From sequence record PX063913.1: a stretch of DNA of 44,574 nucleotides, one strand, 5' to 3'. The DNA comes from a phage. A program made the position numbers and the translations under genes. Numbering within the stretch: position 1 is the first letter of the stretch; every line of letters starts with the position of its first letter. The notes beneath the pieces were generated by a model. It ran no database searches, was not told where the DNA came from, and was given only the letters and a program-made list of their open reading frames with translations. Positions 1 to 8,094 of this stretch are shown here, piece after piece.

Positions 1-1707
1 ATGGCAGCGGGTACACTATCCGTAACGAATAACAGCAAGGCGGTTGTCGGGGTAGGCACGACGTTTACCGCGTTTAAAGCAGGCGACTTCTTATCGCTGG
101 TAGTGGGGCAAGTTCCTTACACTGTTGCGATCTCGTCCGTAGAAAGCGACACCGCGCTTACGCTTGTGCTGCCGTTCGACGGACCAACGGCAACTGGCCT
201 CGCGTGGGATGGCGTTAAGCGCGATACCATGTCGCTGGCAACGATGGGCGTAACCGTCCAGGCCCAGAAAGCGTTGCGCTTGATGCTCGCGGACGAAAAT
301 AACTGGCGCGCAATCTTCGGAGACGAGGAAGAAATCGCGGTAACGCTGCCGAACGGGCAAGTTATGCAGGGTATGTCATGGGGCTATCTGTCGCAATTGC
401 TGAAGGAAGTTGACCCTGTTGAGATGCGCAACCTGCAACAACAAGCCGCCGCATCTGAAGCCGCCGCGCTGGTATCGCGTAATGAAGCAGAAGGCTTCAA
501 GAACGACGCCAATACCATCAAGACGCAGACCGACCAAATCAAGGCCGATACGCAGGCGATCCACGACGCCACCAACACCATCAAGACGCAGACGGATCAG
601 ATTAAGGCGGATACGCAGGCCATCAAGGACCAGACGAACCAGATTAAGACTGAAACCGGCGTTATTCGCGACGAAGCTAATACGGCGAAGACTGACGCGC
701 AGGCCGCCAGCGCTGCCGCGCAGGGATTTCGCGATCAGGCCGAAGAATGGGCACAAAGCGTAAACGCCGATAATCTGCTAACCAAATCCAGCAACCTGGC
801 GGGGCTAACTGATAAATCGGAGGCGCGCTCTAATCTTGATTTGGGGTCTGTTGCCACTGAAAACACCGTCCCTATCGAAAAAGGCGGCACTGCGGCAACA
901 ACGGCAGCGGAGGCGCGCTCTAATTTCGGGTTGGGGTCTGTTGCCACGGAAAACACCGTTCCGATCGAGAAAGGGGGAACCGCCGCGACGACGGTAGCCG
1001 CTGCGCGCACTAATTTCGGGTTGGGCGATAACAATAACGTAAAACTTGGCACGTTGCGCCTAAACGGTGGTGAATCGCTAGTCTTCAATGATGTCGAGCG
1101 TAACGGTTTGATTATATCCAACGCGTCTTTCGGGATTGATAGCTGGGTTGGGCAGACGATGCATAAGTGGTACACGGATTGGACGCGCGCGGGCCTAGTA
1201 AGGGCCGGGGATACCCACTTATCAGACTACCGCGTCCATGTGTGGAAGGACGGCTTTACTGAGTCGCTATTCCGATTCCTACCGGACGGCAGGCTTATTA
1301 GTGGTAACAGCGTCAACCCGTCGGTTAACGAGTTCCAGAAAGCGCCGCTATCAGACCGCGACCTTAAAAAAGAAATCAAATACACGGACGGCGAGGAAAG
1401 TTACAACCGAGTTCGACAATGGCTTCCGGCGATGTTCAAGTATAAGGAGTCGGACGTACAGCGATACGGCCTTATCGCGCAGGACCTGGCACGGATTGAC
1501 CCGGAATACGTGCATTTGCTGCCGGGTTACGCCATTTATGAGGACGTCAAGGGGGTGGACGAGGAAGGGAACGAGGTTGTAGTAGATCGGAAGGAGATCG
1601 GGTATACCGACGATGTGCTGTCTTTGGATAGTAACGTGCTGTTGATGGATCTGTGTGCCGCCTTCGTCCACCTGTTGCATAAAGTGGAGAAGCTGGAAGG
1701 TAAATAA
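1..1707 (+). CDS. Tail fibre protein with C-terminal intramolecular chaperone (peptidase S74-like) domain
   Basis: ATG at nt 1, 568 aa. Two in-frame tandem repeat blocks: nt 511-690 (20-aa units NTIKTQTDQIKADTQAI) and nt 820-1027 (28-aa units RSNxxLGSVATENTVPIEKGGTAATT). C-terminal SDRDLKKEIKYTDG...YGLIAQDL resembles the autoproteolytic chaperone motif of phage fibres and endosialidases. Terminator follows. Confidence 0.7.
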   Translation: MAAGTLSVTNNSKAVVGVGTTFTAFKAGDFLSLVVGQVPYTVAISSVESDTALTLVLPFDGPTATGLAWDGVKRDTMSLATMGVTVQAQKALRLMLADENNWRAIFGDEEEIAVTLPNGQVMQGMSWGYLSQLLKEVDPVEMRNLQQQAAASEAAALVSRNEAEGFKNDANTIKTQTDQIKADTQAIHDATNTIKTQTDQIKADTQAIKDQTNQIKTETGVIRDEANTAKTDAQAASAAAQGFRDQAEEWAQSVNADNLLTKSSNLAGLTDKSEARSNLDLGSVATENTVPIEKGGTAATTAAEARSNFGLGSVATENTVPIEKGGTAATTVAAARTNFGLGDNNNVKLGTLRLNGGESLVFNDVERNGLIISNASFGIDSWVGQTMHKWYTDWTRAGLVRAGDTHLSDYRVHVWKDGFTESLFRFLPDGRLISGNSVNPSVNEFQKAPLSDRDLKKEIKYTDGEESYNRVRQWLPAMFKYKESDVQRYGLIAQDLARIDPEYVHLLPGYAIYEDVKGVDEEGNEVVVDRKEIGYTDDVLSLDSNVLLMDLCAAFVHLLHKVEKLEGK

Positions 1708-1713
1708 GGAGAA

Positions 1714-1735
1714 GGGGCCGCACGGCCCCTTTTTT
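1714..1735. terminator. Rho-independent terminator between convergent genes
   Basis: GGGGCC-gcac-GGCCCC hairpin followed by T6; lies between the fibre stop (1707) and the stop of the minus-strand gene (1734). Confidence 0.7.
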
Positions 1736-2309
1736 AGTTTGAGTTCTCCCAGTCCATTTTGCGCCGCACCAGCGGGCTTTCGTAGTATTCCTTACCATCC
1801 ACTTCCACCAGGGGCCAGTCGTTCACTATCACGTATGGCTCCGCAATATCTTCAATAACGCCGTGCGCGCTATGTTGTCCGAACGATACGCCCACCAGGA
1901 TAACACCGGCAACGCGACGGGTAAGGTATTCGCGAGCGCAACGTGCCTCAACCAGTCCGCGACGGATGCCGCTGGTAGCTTTGACCTCGTATGTCCATAC
2001 GGCATCGATCGTATGTTCGCGGAAGTCGGGGCCGGACTTAACCTTGCGCTTGCCGACCATGATAATATCGCCGCGGTCGATAGTGTTAGCGCTAAACAGG
2101 CCGGTGCGCATTAGCAAACCTTGCGGGATACAGCTACGCCCACCCGCCTGCCCTTCGAGGTACATTCCTGCAAACATTTCGCCCAGCACACCGACGAGTC
2201 TGCTTTGCTTGCACGCGTCAGACTTGTATCGCCACTGTTCAAACTCGATGCTTGCAATCATTGCCGCCAGGTGGAATTGTTTACCGGTTATTTCGTATTC
2301 GCCGTACAT
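1734..2309 (-). CDS. Hypothetical protein
   Basis: 191-aa ORF, ATG at 2309 preceded by GGAGG at 8 nt spacing. A weak D...EVK pattern could be a PD-(D/E)xK nuclease core but is not convincing. Confidence 0.5.
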   Translation of the reverse strand: MYGEYEITGKQFHLAAMIASIEFEQWRYKSDACKQSRLVGVLGEMFAGMYLEGQAGGRSCIPQGLLMRTGLFSANTIDRGDIIMVGKRKVKSGPDFREHTIDAVWTYEVKATSGIRRGLVEARCAREYLTRRVAGVILVGVSFGQHSAHGVIEDIAEPYVIVNDWPLVEVDGKEYYESPLVRRKMDWENSN

Positions 2310-2351
2310 CGTGTGGCCCTCCTTGATGCGGGCCGAAGCCCGCGATTAGAA

Positions 2352-2906
2352 TTATTTAAGTGCACCAGTCACTAGTGTTTTTTCCATGTTGCGGAAATCT
2401 TCCGGCGTCATGAGGATTTTAGATCCGTCTTCACCAGTGAGCACGACCATAGGCTGGACGTCCTGGGCTTCAACTCCAAAATCGCGGGCCTTAACCGTCT
2501 TGCCGAACGAGGCTACCGTGTCCTCTGCAACGCGAATTGCGCTGTTATACGCATTAATCTCGCCGTCCAGGAGCACGGACAGACCTTTGAGGCTGTCGAA
2601 TTGTGCTGCCGTTGTATCGATCTGAATCTCGTCATGCACGGTCATGTAAGACTCGCCCAGCAGGGCGGCATACGCCACCAGGTCCACGATGTTATCTTCC
2701 TGGTGCTTACGGTGCTGGCGCACCAGCTTCAGGCAGATCAGGAAGGTCCAGGCTTCTTGCTCGGTAAGGTCGCGACCGGTAAGCGCGTTAAACACGGCAG
2801 CAATTTGTTTAGCGCTGCGTTCTTCTTTCGCGTTGTCATAGCCGTTTTCTTTCCCGCGCTGTTCCATAGTGGTGGCGGCGTTTTTGCAGTATTCGAATGC
2901 TTTCAC
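2352..2906 (-). CDS. Conserved phage protein, possible all-alpha NTP pyrophosphohydrolase-like
   Basis: 184-aa ORF with GTG start at 2906 after AAGGG. Motif IAAVFNALTGRDLTEQEAWTFLICLKLVRQ...DNIVDLVAYAAL resembles conserved phage MazG-like or DUF-type proteins; assignment from memory of family motifs only. Confidence 0.4.
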   Translation of the reverse strand: MKAFEYCKNAATTMEQRGKENGYDNAKEERSAKQIAAVFNALTGRDLTEQEAWTFLICLKLVRQHRKHQEDNIVDLVAYAALLGESYMTVHDEIQIDTTAAQFDSLKGLSVLLDGEINAYNSAIRVAEDTVASFGKTVKARDFGVEAQDVQPMVVLTGEDGSKILMTPEDFRNMEKTLVTGALK

Positions 2907-2969
2907 AGTATTACCCTTTTAGTGAGGGGGCGGTATTGCCCCCGACACGTGTACTATAGTGCAACCAAC

Positions 2970-3440
2970 CTATTGGTTGCAAGTGAATTTTGCGACGTTT
3001 ATTGCGTAAATTTTCGGGACCAAATCACCACACGCCCGACGAATTGCCGCGATGTTCTTCTCGCAATCTTCAATGATGACCAGTTCAGACACGTCCGCGT
3101 AGCAGACCATTTTGAACACGGCGCACGCCTTAAACTCTGGCGGCGGGGTGTCGTCCAGCATGTGGCGCATAAACAACCTGCCTACCGGGAAGACCTCCAA
3201 TTGCTCGGCGGTGGTTTCCCAGCATTCTCGCTGCCGGTTTGTCAGATACGCGATCTCGAAGCCTTGCTCTTTATACATGCGCAGTAGCGGCAGCATATCC
3301 ATGTTAATGTCTTCGCGGACGTGCGCCTTGTGCCACTTCGCCCAGAAGGTGGATTTAGTTTTTATTCCCGGCACCAGGTCGGCACGCGCATCACTTGAAC
3401 CGTTAATAACGCCATCCAGATCACAAATCAGTAGTTTCAT
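2970..3440 (-). CDS. HAD-superfamily phosphatase
   Basis: N-terminal LICDLDGV is the canonical HAD motif I (DxDG[TV]); 156 aa, ATG at 3440. Confidence 0.65.
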   Translation of the reverse strand: MKLLICDLDGVINGSSDARADLVPGIKTKSTFWAKWHKAHVREDINMDMLPLLRMYKEQGFEIAYLTNRQRECWETTAEQLEVFPVGRLFMRHMLDDTPPPEFKACAVFKMVCYADVSELVIIEDCEKNIAAIRRACGDLVPKIYAINVAKFTCNQ

Positions 3441-3661
3441 TTTAAGCTCTCAATAAGGGTGTAACGGGCGCTTCGCGCGGTAAAGGAGTTGCACACGAAA
3501 TGGCAACGCTGAGTCATGACAAGCCAACCGGTGAGGTCAAGGCCCAAGATGTATTCGGGACGAGACGCGCGCACCACACGATTGCGTCGCGGGTCTATGC
3601 AGTAGTCTTTTTGCATTTGGTCTACGACCGCAGGGTCGCGATCAACGATTAAGATATTCAC
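3437..3661 (-). CDS. Hypothetical small protein
   Basis: 74-aa ORF, GTG start at 3661 preceded by AGGAG; overlaps the Dam gene 3' end by 20 nt. Confidence 0.4.
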   Translation of the reverse strand: MNILIVDRDPAVVDQMQKDYCIDPRRNRVVRASRPEYILGLDLTGWLVMTQRCHFVCNSFTARSARYTLIESLK

Positions 3662-4127
3662 GTAGTTCTCCTTCGCTCATTATTTCAATTTGTGCGCTGC
3701 CGCTGGGCGGCGCTTCGTCAAAGATTATCAACTGCTGGCACTTGTTATTGCTCGGCCCGACTTCACCGGTTACAGCGTGTATAAATCGGATACGCCAGTC
3801 CAGAAGAATTATCAGGTTTGCAGTCTTCCGGGCCAACCGCGCCCACTTCGTCGACGTGTCCTGATTCAGTAGCATGACGGTCCGACGTCCATGCGCCGCA
3901 CACTCGACCCACGGCAGCGGATCGGAATACGGCGGGTTGCACCACTTCCACCCTTTCAACTCTGACCAGTCCACATCGAGCGCGCTGTGCTCCGCCGTGA
4001 AGTAACGCGGTAGCAGATGGTTGGCGTCGCTTGCCGCCATGTCATAACGGAATCGGTACTTCCGGCGCAGCGGTTTAAATAAAGCTGGCGGCGTGCGCCA
4101 GCTATCTTTTTGCTCACTCTTCTGCAT
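3642..4127 (-). CDS. DNA N6-adenine methyltransferase (phage Dam-like)
   Basis: WRTPPALF...FRYDMAASDANH...WCNPPYSD matches the phage N6-MTase family including the catalytic NPPY motif. Confidence 0.8.
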   Translation of the reverse strand: MQKSEQKDSWRTPPALFKPLRRKYRFRYDMAASDANHLLPRYFTAEHSALDVDWSELKGWKWCNPPYSDPLPWVECAAHGRRTVMLLNQDTSTKWARLARKTANLIILLDWRIRFIHAVTGEVGPSNNKCQQLIIFDEAPPSGSAQIEIMSEGELREYLNR

Positions 4128-4572
4128 GATCTGGATCTATCGCGTACAGGGCAATTTTCTTATTACTGTTTAGAACGCGTTGCACGCGCTTTGATTCCTC
4201 GGTGCCGAGCGGTCGGCAGTCGGAGTAGTAAGACCCGTTCCCTCGCCACGCAACCAGCACCAGGTCTTTCCGGCCAATCTTAGACGTGCGGCCCTTCGGA
4301 CGCACGTACTCCTCGGCCCGTTTGCAATGCTCACGCAGCCCGTCGGCAGTGATGCGGTTTAGTGCAACGCTGGTGGTGTATCCGGTGCGCTGCATAATCC
4401 CCATCAATTCGAATAGCAGTTCGAAGCGCTCCTCTAACTCCATGCGACGCTTTTCTTCCGTTTCATAGCTTGACAGGTAGGTATCTGCCAGCGCGCTGAC
4501 GCGTTCTGCCTGCTCGCGGGCTTCGAGGCATTGCGCGGCCCAGTAGTTTTTCTCTTCTTGTAAAATTTTCAT
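4114..4572 (-). CDS. Hypothetical protein
   Basis: 152-aa ORF, ATG at 4572 with GGAGA upstream; no recognisable motifs. Confidence 0.5.
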   Translation of the reverse strand: MKILQEEKNYWAAQCLEAREQAERVSALADTYLSSYETEEKRRMELEERFELLFELMGIMQRTGYTTSVALNRITADGLREHCKRAEEYVRPKGRTSKIGRKDLVLVAWRGNGSYYSDCRPLGTEESKRVQRVLNSNKKIALYAIDPDHAEE

Positions 4573-4815
4573 TTATTTAATCTCCGTTGTGCGAATCTCA
4601 TTGCGTGGGATAAATTTGCCGTCCATCTCCACCCAGCAGACTCCGTATCGCCATTGGGTGTTACGGCCTGTTTGCTCGGCATACACGGTCTTGCATTCGT
4701 AGCGTTCCGTGTAGTAAATAGCCGTCGAAGGTATGCCAATACAACCGGCAATCATGAGGGTGAGTAGCACCCAAAATCGAAGGTCGCCGTCGTAGTCGAA
4801 AAATAATGATTTCAT
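4573..4815 (-). CDS. Small membrane protein
   Basis: Start moved to the internal ATG at 4815 (MKSLFF...), preceded by GGAGACAGTGAG; one hydrophobic helix WVLLTLMIAGCIGI. Confidence 0.5.
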   Translation of the reverse strand: MKSLFFDYDGDLRFWVLLTLMIAGCIGIPSTAIYYTERYECKTVYAEQTGRNTQWRYGVCWVEMDGKFIPRNEIRTTEIK

Positions 4816-4834
4816 CTCACTGTCTCCAGGTATT

Positions 4835-4859
4835 AAAAAGGGCGTCCAACCGGACACCC
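4835..4859 (-). terminator. Rho-independent terminator-like hairpin (minus strand)
   Basis: On the minus strand GGGTGTCC-ggtt-GGACGCCC followed by T5, between the HNH gene and the small membrane gene. Confidence 0.5.
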
Positions 4860-4895
4860 TCAATATAATGCAACCAATATGCTTATGCAACCAAT

Positions 4896-5219
4896 TTACG
4901 CATAAAAATTTGGGTCGCGCGCTACGTCTACCAGATACAGGTTACTAATGCGGTTGCCGTAATGGCCTGGCGTGCGCTGGCGGCACACAACGGCATAGCC
5001 TGGAGGGATTGTATTGCCAGTCTCAATAATCCACGCCACGCGTGCGCCAGACAGCGTCTTGCCGTTGCATTCGATACGAGTACCGCCATCGGCAGTATTG
5101 AGGTTGCCAATCTTGCAGCCGGTGGACTTTAGGCGGATAACGCCTGTTTTGCTGTCGTAGGAAAAAAGCTGATTGGTCATTGCCACTGAAAAATCGATGG
5201 CTTCGAATGTAGTGTTCAT
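4896..5219 (-). CDS. HNH homing-endonuclease-like protein
   Basis: LFSYDSKTGVIRLK...CNGKTLSGARVAWIIETG...NRISNLYLV resembles HNH_3 family endonucleases; active-site residues may be degenerate. Confidence 0.55.
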   Translation of the reverse strand: MNTTFEAIDFSVAMTNQLFSYDSKTGVIRLKSTGCKIGNLNTADGGTRIECNGKTLSGARVAWIIETGNTIPPGYAVVCRQRTPGHYGNRISNLYLVDVARDPNFYA

Positions 5220-5911
5220 TCTAAATTTTCCTCATTGACTGCGATTGCGAAGCCGCGCGGGGTGAGCGACCTGATTAATTTGGTGCGGGCGGATTTGCCT
5301 CCGAGGCGACTATACTGCTTCGAGTACCCTTTTTCAACGAAAACAGGTTTCTTCTCTGGCATACGGAAGCCGTTGCCCGTCCATAAGCAGGTCAGCTTCG
5401 GATATGAATCGCGGGCGTTGATGTATTCCGGGAATAACGGGTGCACGTCATCCTCCGGCAAATAGCCGCCATACTCCCACGGGTCAAACGAGTGGTCCGG
5501 CTTACGCCATTGAGTGGAGAGCACGCTGCGCGGATTCTCAATCATATACGGCACTTCAAAGAAATCACCCAGATAAGCGGCGATCTTCGCGGTGCGTACC
5601 GCCTTAAGCTGGAAGGCAGGGTCGCGGGCGCGTTTGCGCGGGAAAGCTGGCGCACCGCTAACCGCCAGATCCGTACACGGCGGGAATGCATAAATGATAT
5701 CCGGCGTGCCGAAATCACCATTCATCGCGCGGTCCACGAAGTCCAGATCGATAAACTCATTACGATATCGGATACCGCGCCCATAAATCCGGTAGTCCAG
5801 GTACGACCCGTGATCTGCTTCGGAGTAGTTGAAGCAGTAACACTTATGCCCCATCTCGGCAGCACGTTCAATCATCAAGCCGCTGCCGTCAAATAATGAC
5901 CAGATAATCAT
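5216..5911 (-). CDS. Short DNA cytosine-5 methyltransferase-like protein
   Basis: SLFDGSG (motif I-like), FPPCTDLAVSG (PC motif IV-like) and MIENP (ENV motif VI-like); only 231 aa with no obvious target-recognition domain. ATGA overlap with the HNH gene. Confidence 0.5.
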   Translation of the reverse strand: MIIWSLFDGSGLMIERAAEMGHKCYCFNYSEADHGSYLDYRIYGRGIRYRNEFIDLDFVDRAMNGDFGTPDIIYAFPPCTDLAVSGAPAFPRKRARDPAFQLKAVRTAKIAAYLGDFFEVPYMIENPRSVLSTQWRKPDHSFDPWEYGGYLPEDDVHPLFPEYINARDSYPKLTCLWTGNGFRMPEKKPVFVEKGYSKQYSRLGGKSARTKLIRSLTPRGFAIAVNEENLE

Positions 5912-7332
5912 TTGCGCGCCTTTTTAGCTTTCATGTATTCCATTAAATCGTCCTGAATGTCTCGCTTACTGTCGCGACGCTCCGCGACCAGTTCGTCCAG
6001 TGTGCCGCGCGCCTGGATAATGTAGACGAATACGGGACGAGGGTGTCCGGCTTGCATCTGGCGAACTGGCCCTATACGCTCCACGATCTGCGCAAAGTGC
6101 TCATAGTTCCAGGTGTCTGAGAAGATAGCAAGGTGGTGTCCGCCATCCTGCAAGTTAAGGCCGTGACCCGCCGATGCCGGGTGTGCGAACATGATGGGGA
6201 TCTCGCCCCTGTTCCATGCTTCCATATCCTTATTTCCTTGCTTACCCTTACCCATCGCGACGCCGTGCGGGAATTTCTTCTTAAGACGTGCCAGATCATG
6301 CTTATATTGGTACGCGACGAGCAACGGTGCGCCGTTCAACTCCTCCACTATACTTTCCAGCGCGTCCAGTTTAGCGTCGTGAATTTTCACCCATTCATCG
6401 GTGCGCTCGCCGTCTTCGTCGACCTTATATACGGCCCCCGAAGCAAGCTGAAGGCACTTAATGGTCTTCGACGCGGCGTTTGCCGCCTCTACAGTTCCGC
6501 TTTCCAGTTCCGCAAATAGCTCCGCTTCGAACTGGTCATAAATCTTGCGGGCTTTCTTCGGCAGGTCCACAACAACCGGCGTATAGATCGGCTTGTCACA
6601 CCCGAAGTATTCAGCCGCGTCAACTGTTAGTGACACGTCGGACAGGCGTTGTTGGATTTCTTTCTCGGAGTTCTTAAGCGGGGCGTGCTGCATAGTGAAG
6701 CTGCTAGGCTTAACAGGCTTGCTAATAAACCAGCGATCAGTGAATGCCTTATAACTACTGCCGAGGCGTTCGCCACCGTCGACAAACCACGTCTGACCCC
6801 ATAGGTCTTTCAGCCCGTTTGGTGCGGGTGTGCCTGTCAGGTTAATCCAGCGCTTGACGTGCTTATGTGCGATCGCTGCCAGCGCACGGGCGCGCTTACT
6901 TCCCTGCTTGCTTCGATAGCCTTTCAGCTTAGTCGATTCATCGGCAACCACGACCGTAAAGGGCCACTCGTCGCCGCAATACTCGACGAGCCACTCAACT
7001 ACATCATAGTTAATACAAACCACGTTGGCGTCGCTCTCAAGCGCAGCGATGCGGTCCTTCTCCGAGCCAGTACCATCTACTACCAGCAAGGCGGGGAAGC
7101 GCCATTTTTCCTGTTCCGGGGGCCATGTGCCGGATGCAACGCGCAGAGGGGCCAGCACCAGTACGCGGTCCTCCTGGTTGGACAGGATGCCGGTCTGGAA
7201 CATTTTATTCAGCGCCCACATGGTCGCGCCAGTTTTACCCGACCCCATTGTCGCCCATATATTGCATCGCTTATGCTTGAGGATGAACGCGGTTATCAAC
7301 TTCTGATATTCGCGGCGTCGGAATCGTGCCAT
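5908..7332 (-). CDS. SNF2-family DNA helicase/ATPase
   Basis: Walker A ATMGSGKTG, motif II VVVADESTK, SNF2-type LTGTPAPNG, C-terminal helicase motifs. Start placed at ATG 7332 (MARFRR...), which abuts the upstream gene; the longest ORF would start at 7422. Confidence 0.8.
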   Translation of the reverse strand: MARFRRREYQKLITAFILKHKRCNIWATMGSGKTGATMWALNKMFQTGILSNQEDRVLVLAPLRVASGTWPPEQEKWRFPALLVVDGTGSEKDRIAALESDANVVCINYDVVEWLVEYCGDEWPFTVVVADESTKLKGYRSKQGSKRARALAAIAHKHVKRWINLTGTPAPNGLKDLWGQTWFVDGGERLGSSYKAFTDRWFISKPVKPSSFTMQHAPLKNSEKEIQQRLSDVSLTVDAAEYFGCDKPIYTPVVVDLPKKARKIYDQFEAELFAELESGTVEAANAASKTIKCLQLASGAVYKVDEDGERTDEWVKIHDAKLDALESIVEELNGAPLLVAYQYKHDLARLKKKFPHGVAMGKGKQGNKDMEAWNRGEIPIMFAHPASAGHGLNLQDGGHHLAIFSDTWNYEHFAQIVERIGPVRQMQAGHPRPVFVYIIQARGTLDELVAERRDSKRDIQDDLMEYMKAKKARK

Positions 7333-7336
7333 ATCT

Positions 7337-7555
7337 TTATTCCGCCTTTTTCCAGACTTCTGTCTCACTGTTCCAGTTCCTTTTTGTGGCGTCATAGTTG
7401 GTGCTGTGCCCGATGTGTACACCCGTCGCCCGAAAGCTCTTAAATTTTTGCCAGCACACCGTCAACGGCAGCGGGTAATTCATGCCCGCGATAAACCATA
7501 CGCGATCGCCTGGTTTGCATTCGCCCAGTGTTGTGAGTCGGTAGCGTTCTTTCAT
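7337..7555 (-). CDS. Hypothetical protein
   Basis: ORF with GGGAGAC upstream of ATG at 7555; track start at 7570 is a TTG. Confidence 0.45.
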   Translation of the reverse strand: MKERYRLTTLGECKPGDRVWFIAGMNYPLPLTVCWQKFKSFRATGVHIGHSTNYDATKRNWNSETEVWKKAE

Positions 7556-7598
7556 CGTCATGTCTCCCAAAAATGGCGGGACAAGCCCGCCGTATTAA

Positions 7599-7772
7599 TT
7601 ATGCTTGCGCGGCACGGTAGCGGCGCTGCCGTTCACGCTCTTTTTTATTTCGGCACGATTTGCACTCGGCCCGATACCCGTCTGGGCTGCGCGCCGTCTT
7701 TCCGGTGTATTTGTGGAACTGGGATAGCGGCTTAACGCAACCGCAATTACTACAACGTTTTTCTTCAATCAT
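7599..7772 (-). CDS. Small zinc-ribbon-like protein
   Basis: MIEEKRCSNCGC...AECKSCRNKK has two CxxC pairs; ATG at 7772 preceded by GAGGA. Confidence 0.45.
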   Translation of the reverse strand: MIEEKRCSNCGCVKPLSQFHKYTGKTARSPDGYRAECKSCRNKKERERQRRYRAAQA

Positions 7773-7812
7773 TTCTAAAATCCTCGATAGGGCTAACCTG
7801 CTCACTATACTG

Positions 7813-8094
7813 TTAAGCGACCAATTCAGCAACCAATAAATCACAGTCGGCTATGTTGTCGATGATGCGAACGTCCGCACCGCGGCGGGCCATTCGCTCA
7901 TGTTCTCGTACCTGGTGCGGCTTCGGTTTGCCTCCGGGGCGCTTCACTTCGACGAAAACTATCTTGCCGTTGATGATTATTATCAGGTCGGGCGCTCCTG
8001 CGCGCCCCTCCCATGCCAGTTTTCGGCAGAATCCGCCGACGGCTTTCGCCAGCTTCATAAGGTGACTTTGAATCTTGCCTTCTGGTGTCATCAT
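7813..8094 (-). CDS. VRR-NUC domain nuclease
   Basis: GAPDLIIIINGKIVFVEVKRPGG carries a PD...(E)VK core typical of VRR-NUC; ATG at 8094 overlaps the polymerase stop (ATGA). Confidence 0.7.
   Translation of the reverse strand: MMTPEGKIQSHLMKLAKAVGGFCRKLAWEGRAGAPDLIIIINGKIVFVEVKRPGGKPKPHQVREHERMARRGADVRIIDNIADCDLLVAELVA

Noticed and set aside
410-763. Arginine-rich ORFs in alternative frames inside the tail-fibre gene (410-763 plus, 376-756 minus)
   Set aside because: They are frame-shifted readings of the fibre gene tandem repeats with no independent start signals.
2310-2351. GCGGGCcgaaGCCCGC hairpin between two minus-strand genes as a terminator
   Set aside because: No U-tract follows on either strand; more likely an RNA stability or processing hairpin, or incidental.
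4862-4895. Strong sigma70 promoter call at TTGCAT, 17-nt spacer, TATATT on the minus strand
   Set aside because: The predicted start would fall inside the terminator hairpin at 4840-4859, so the hexamers may simply be the two ATTGGTTGCA motif copies; it is kept only as part of the motif finding.
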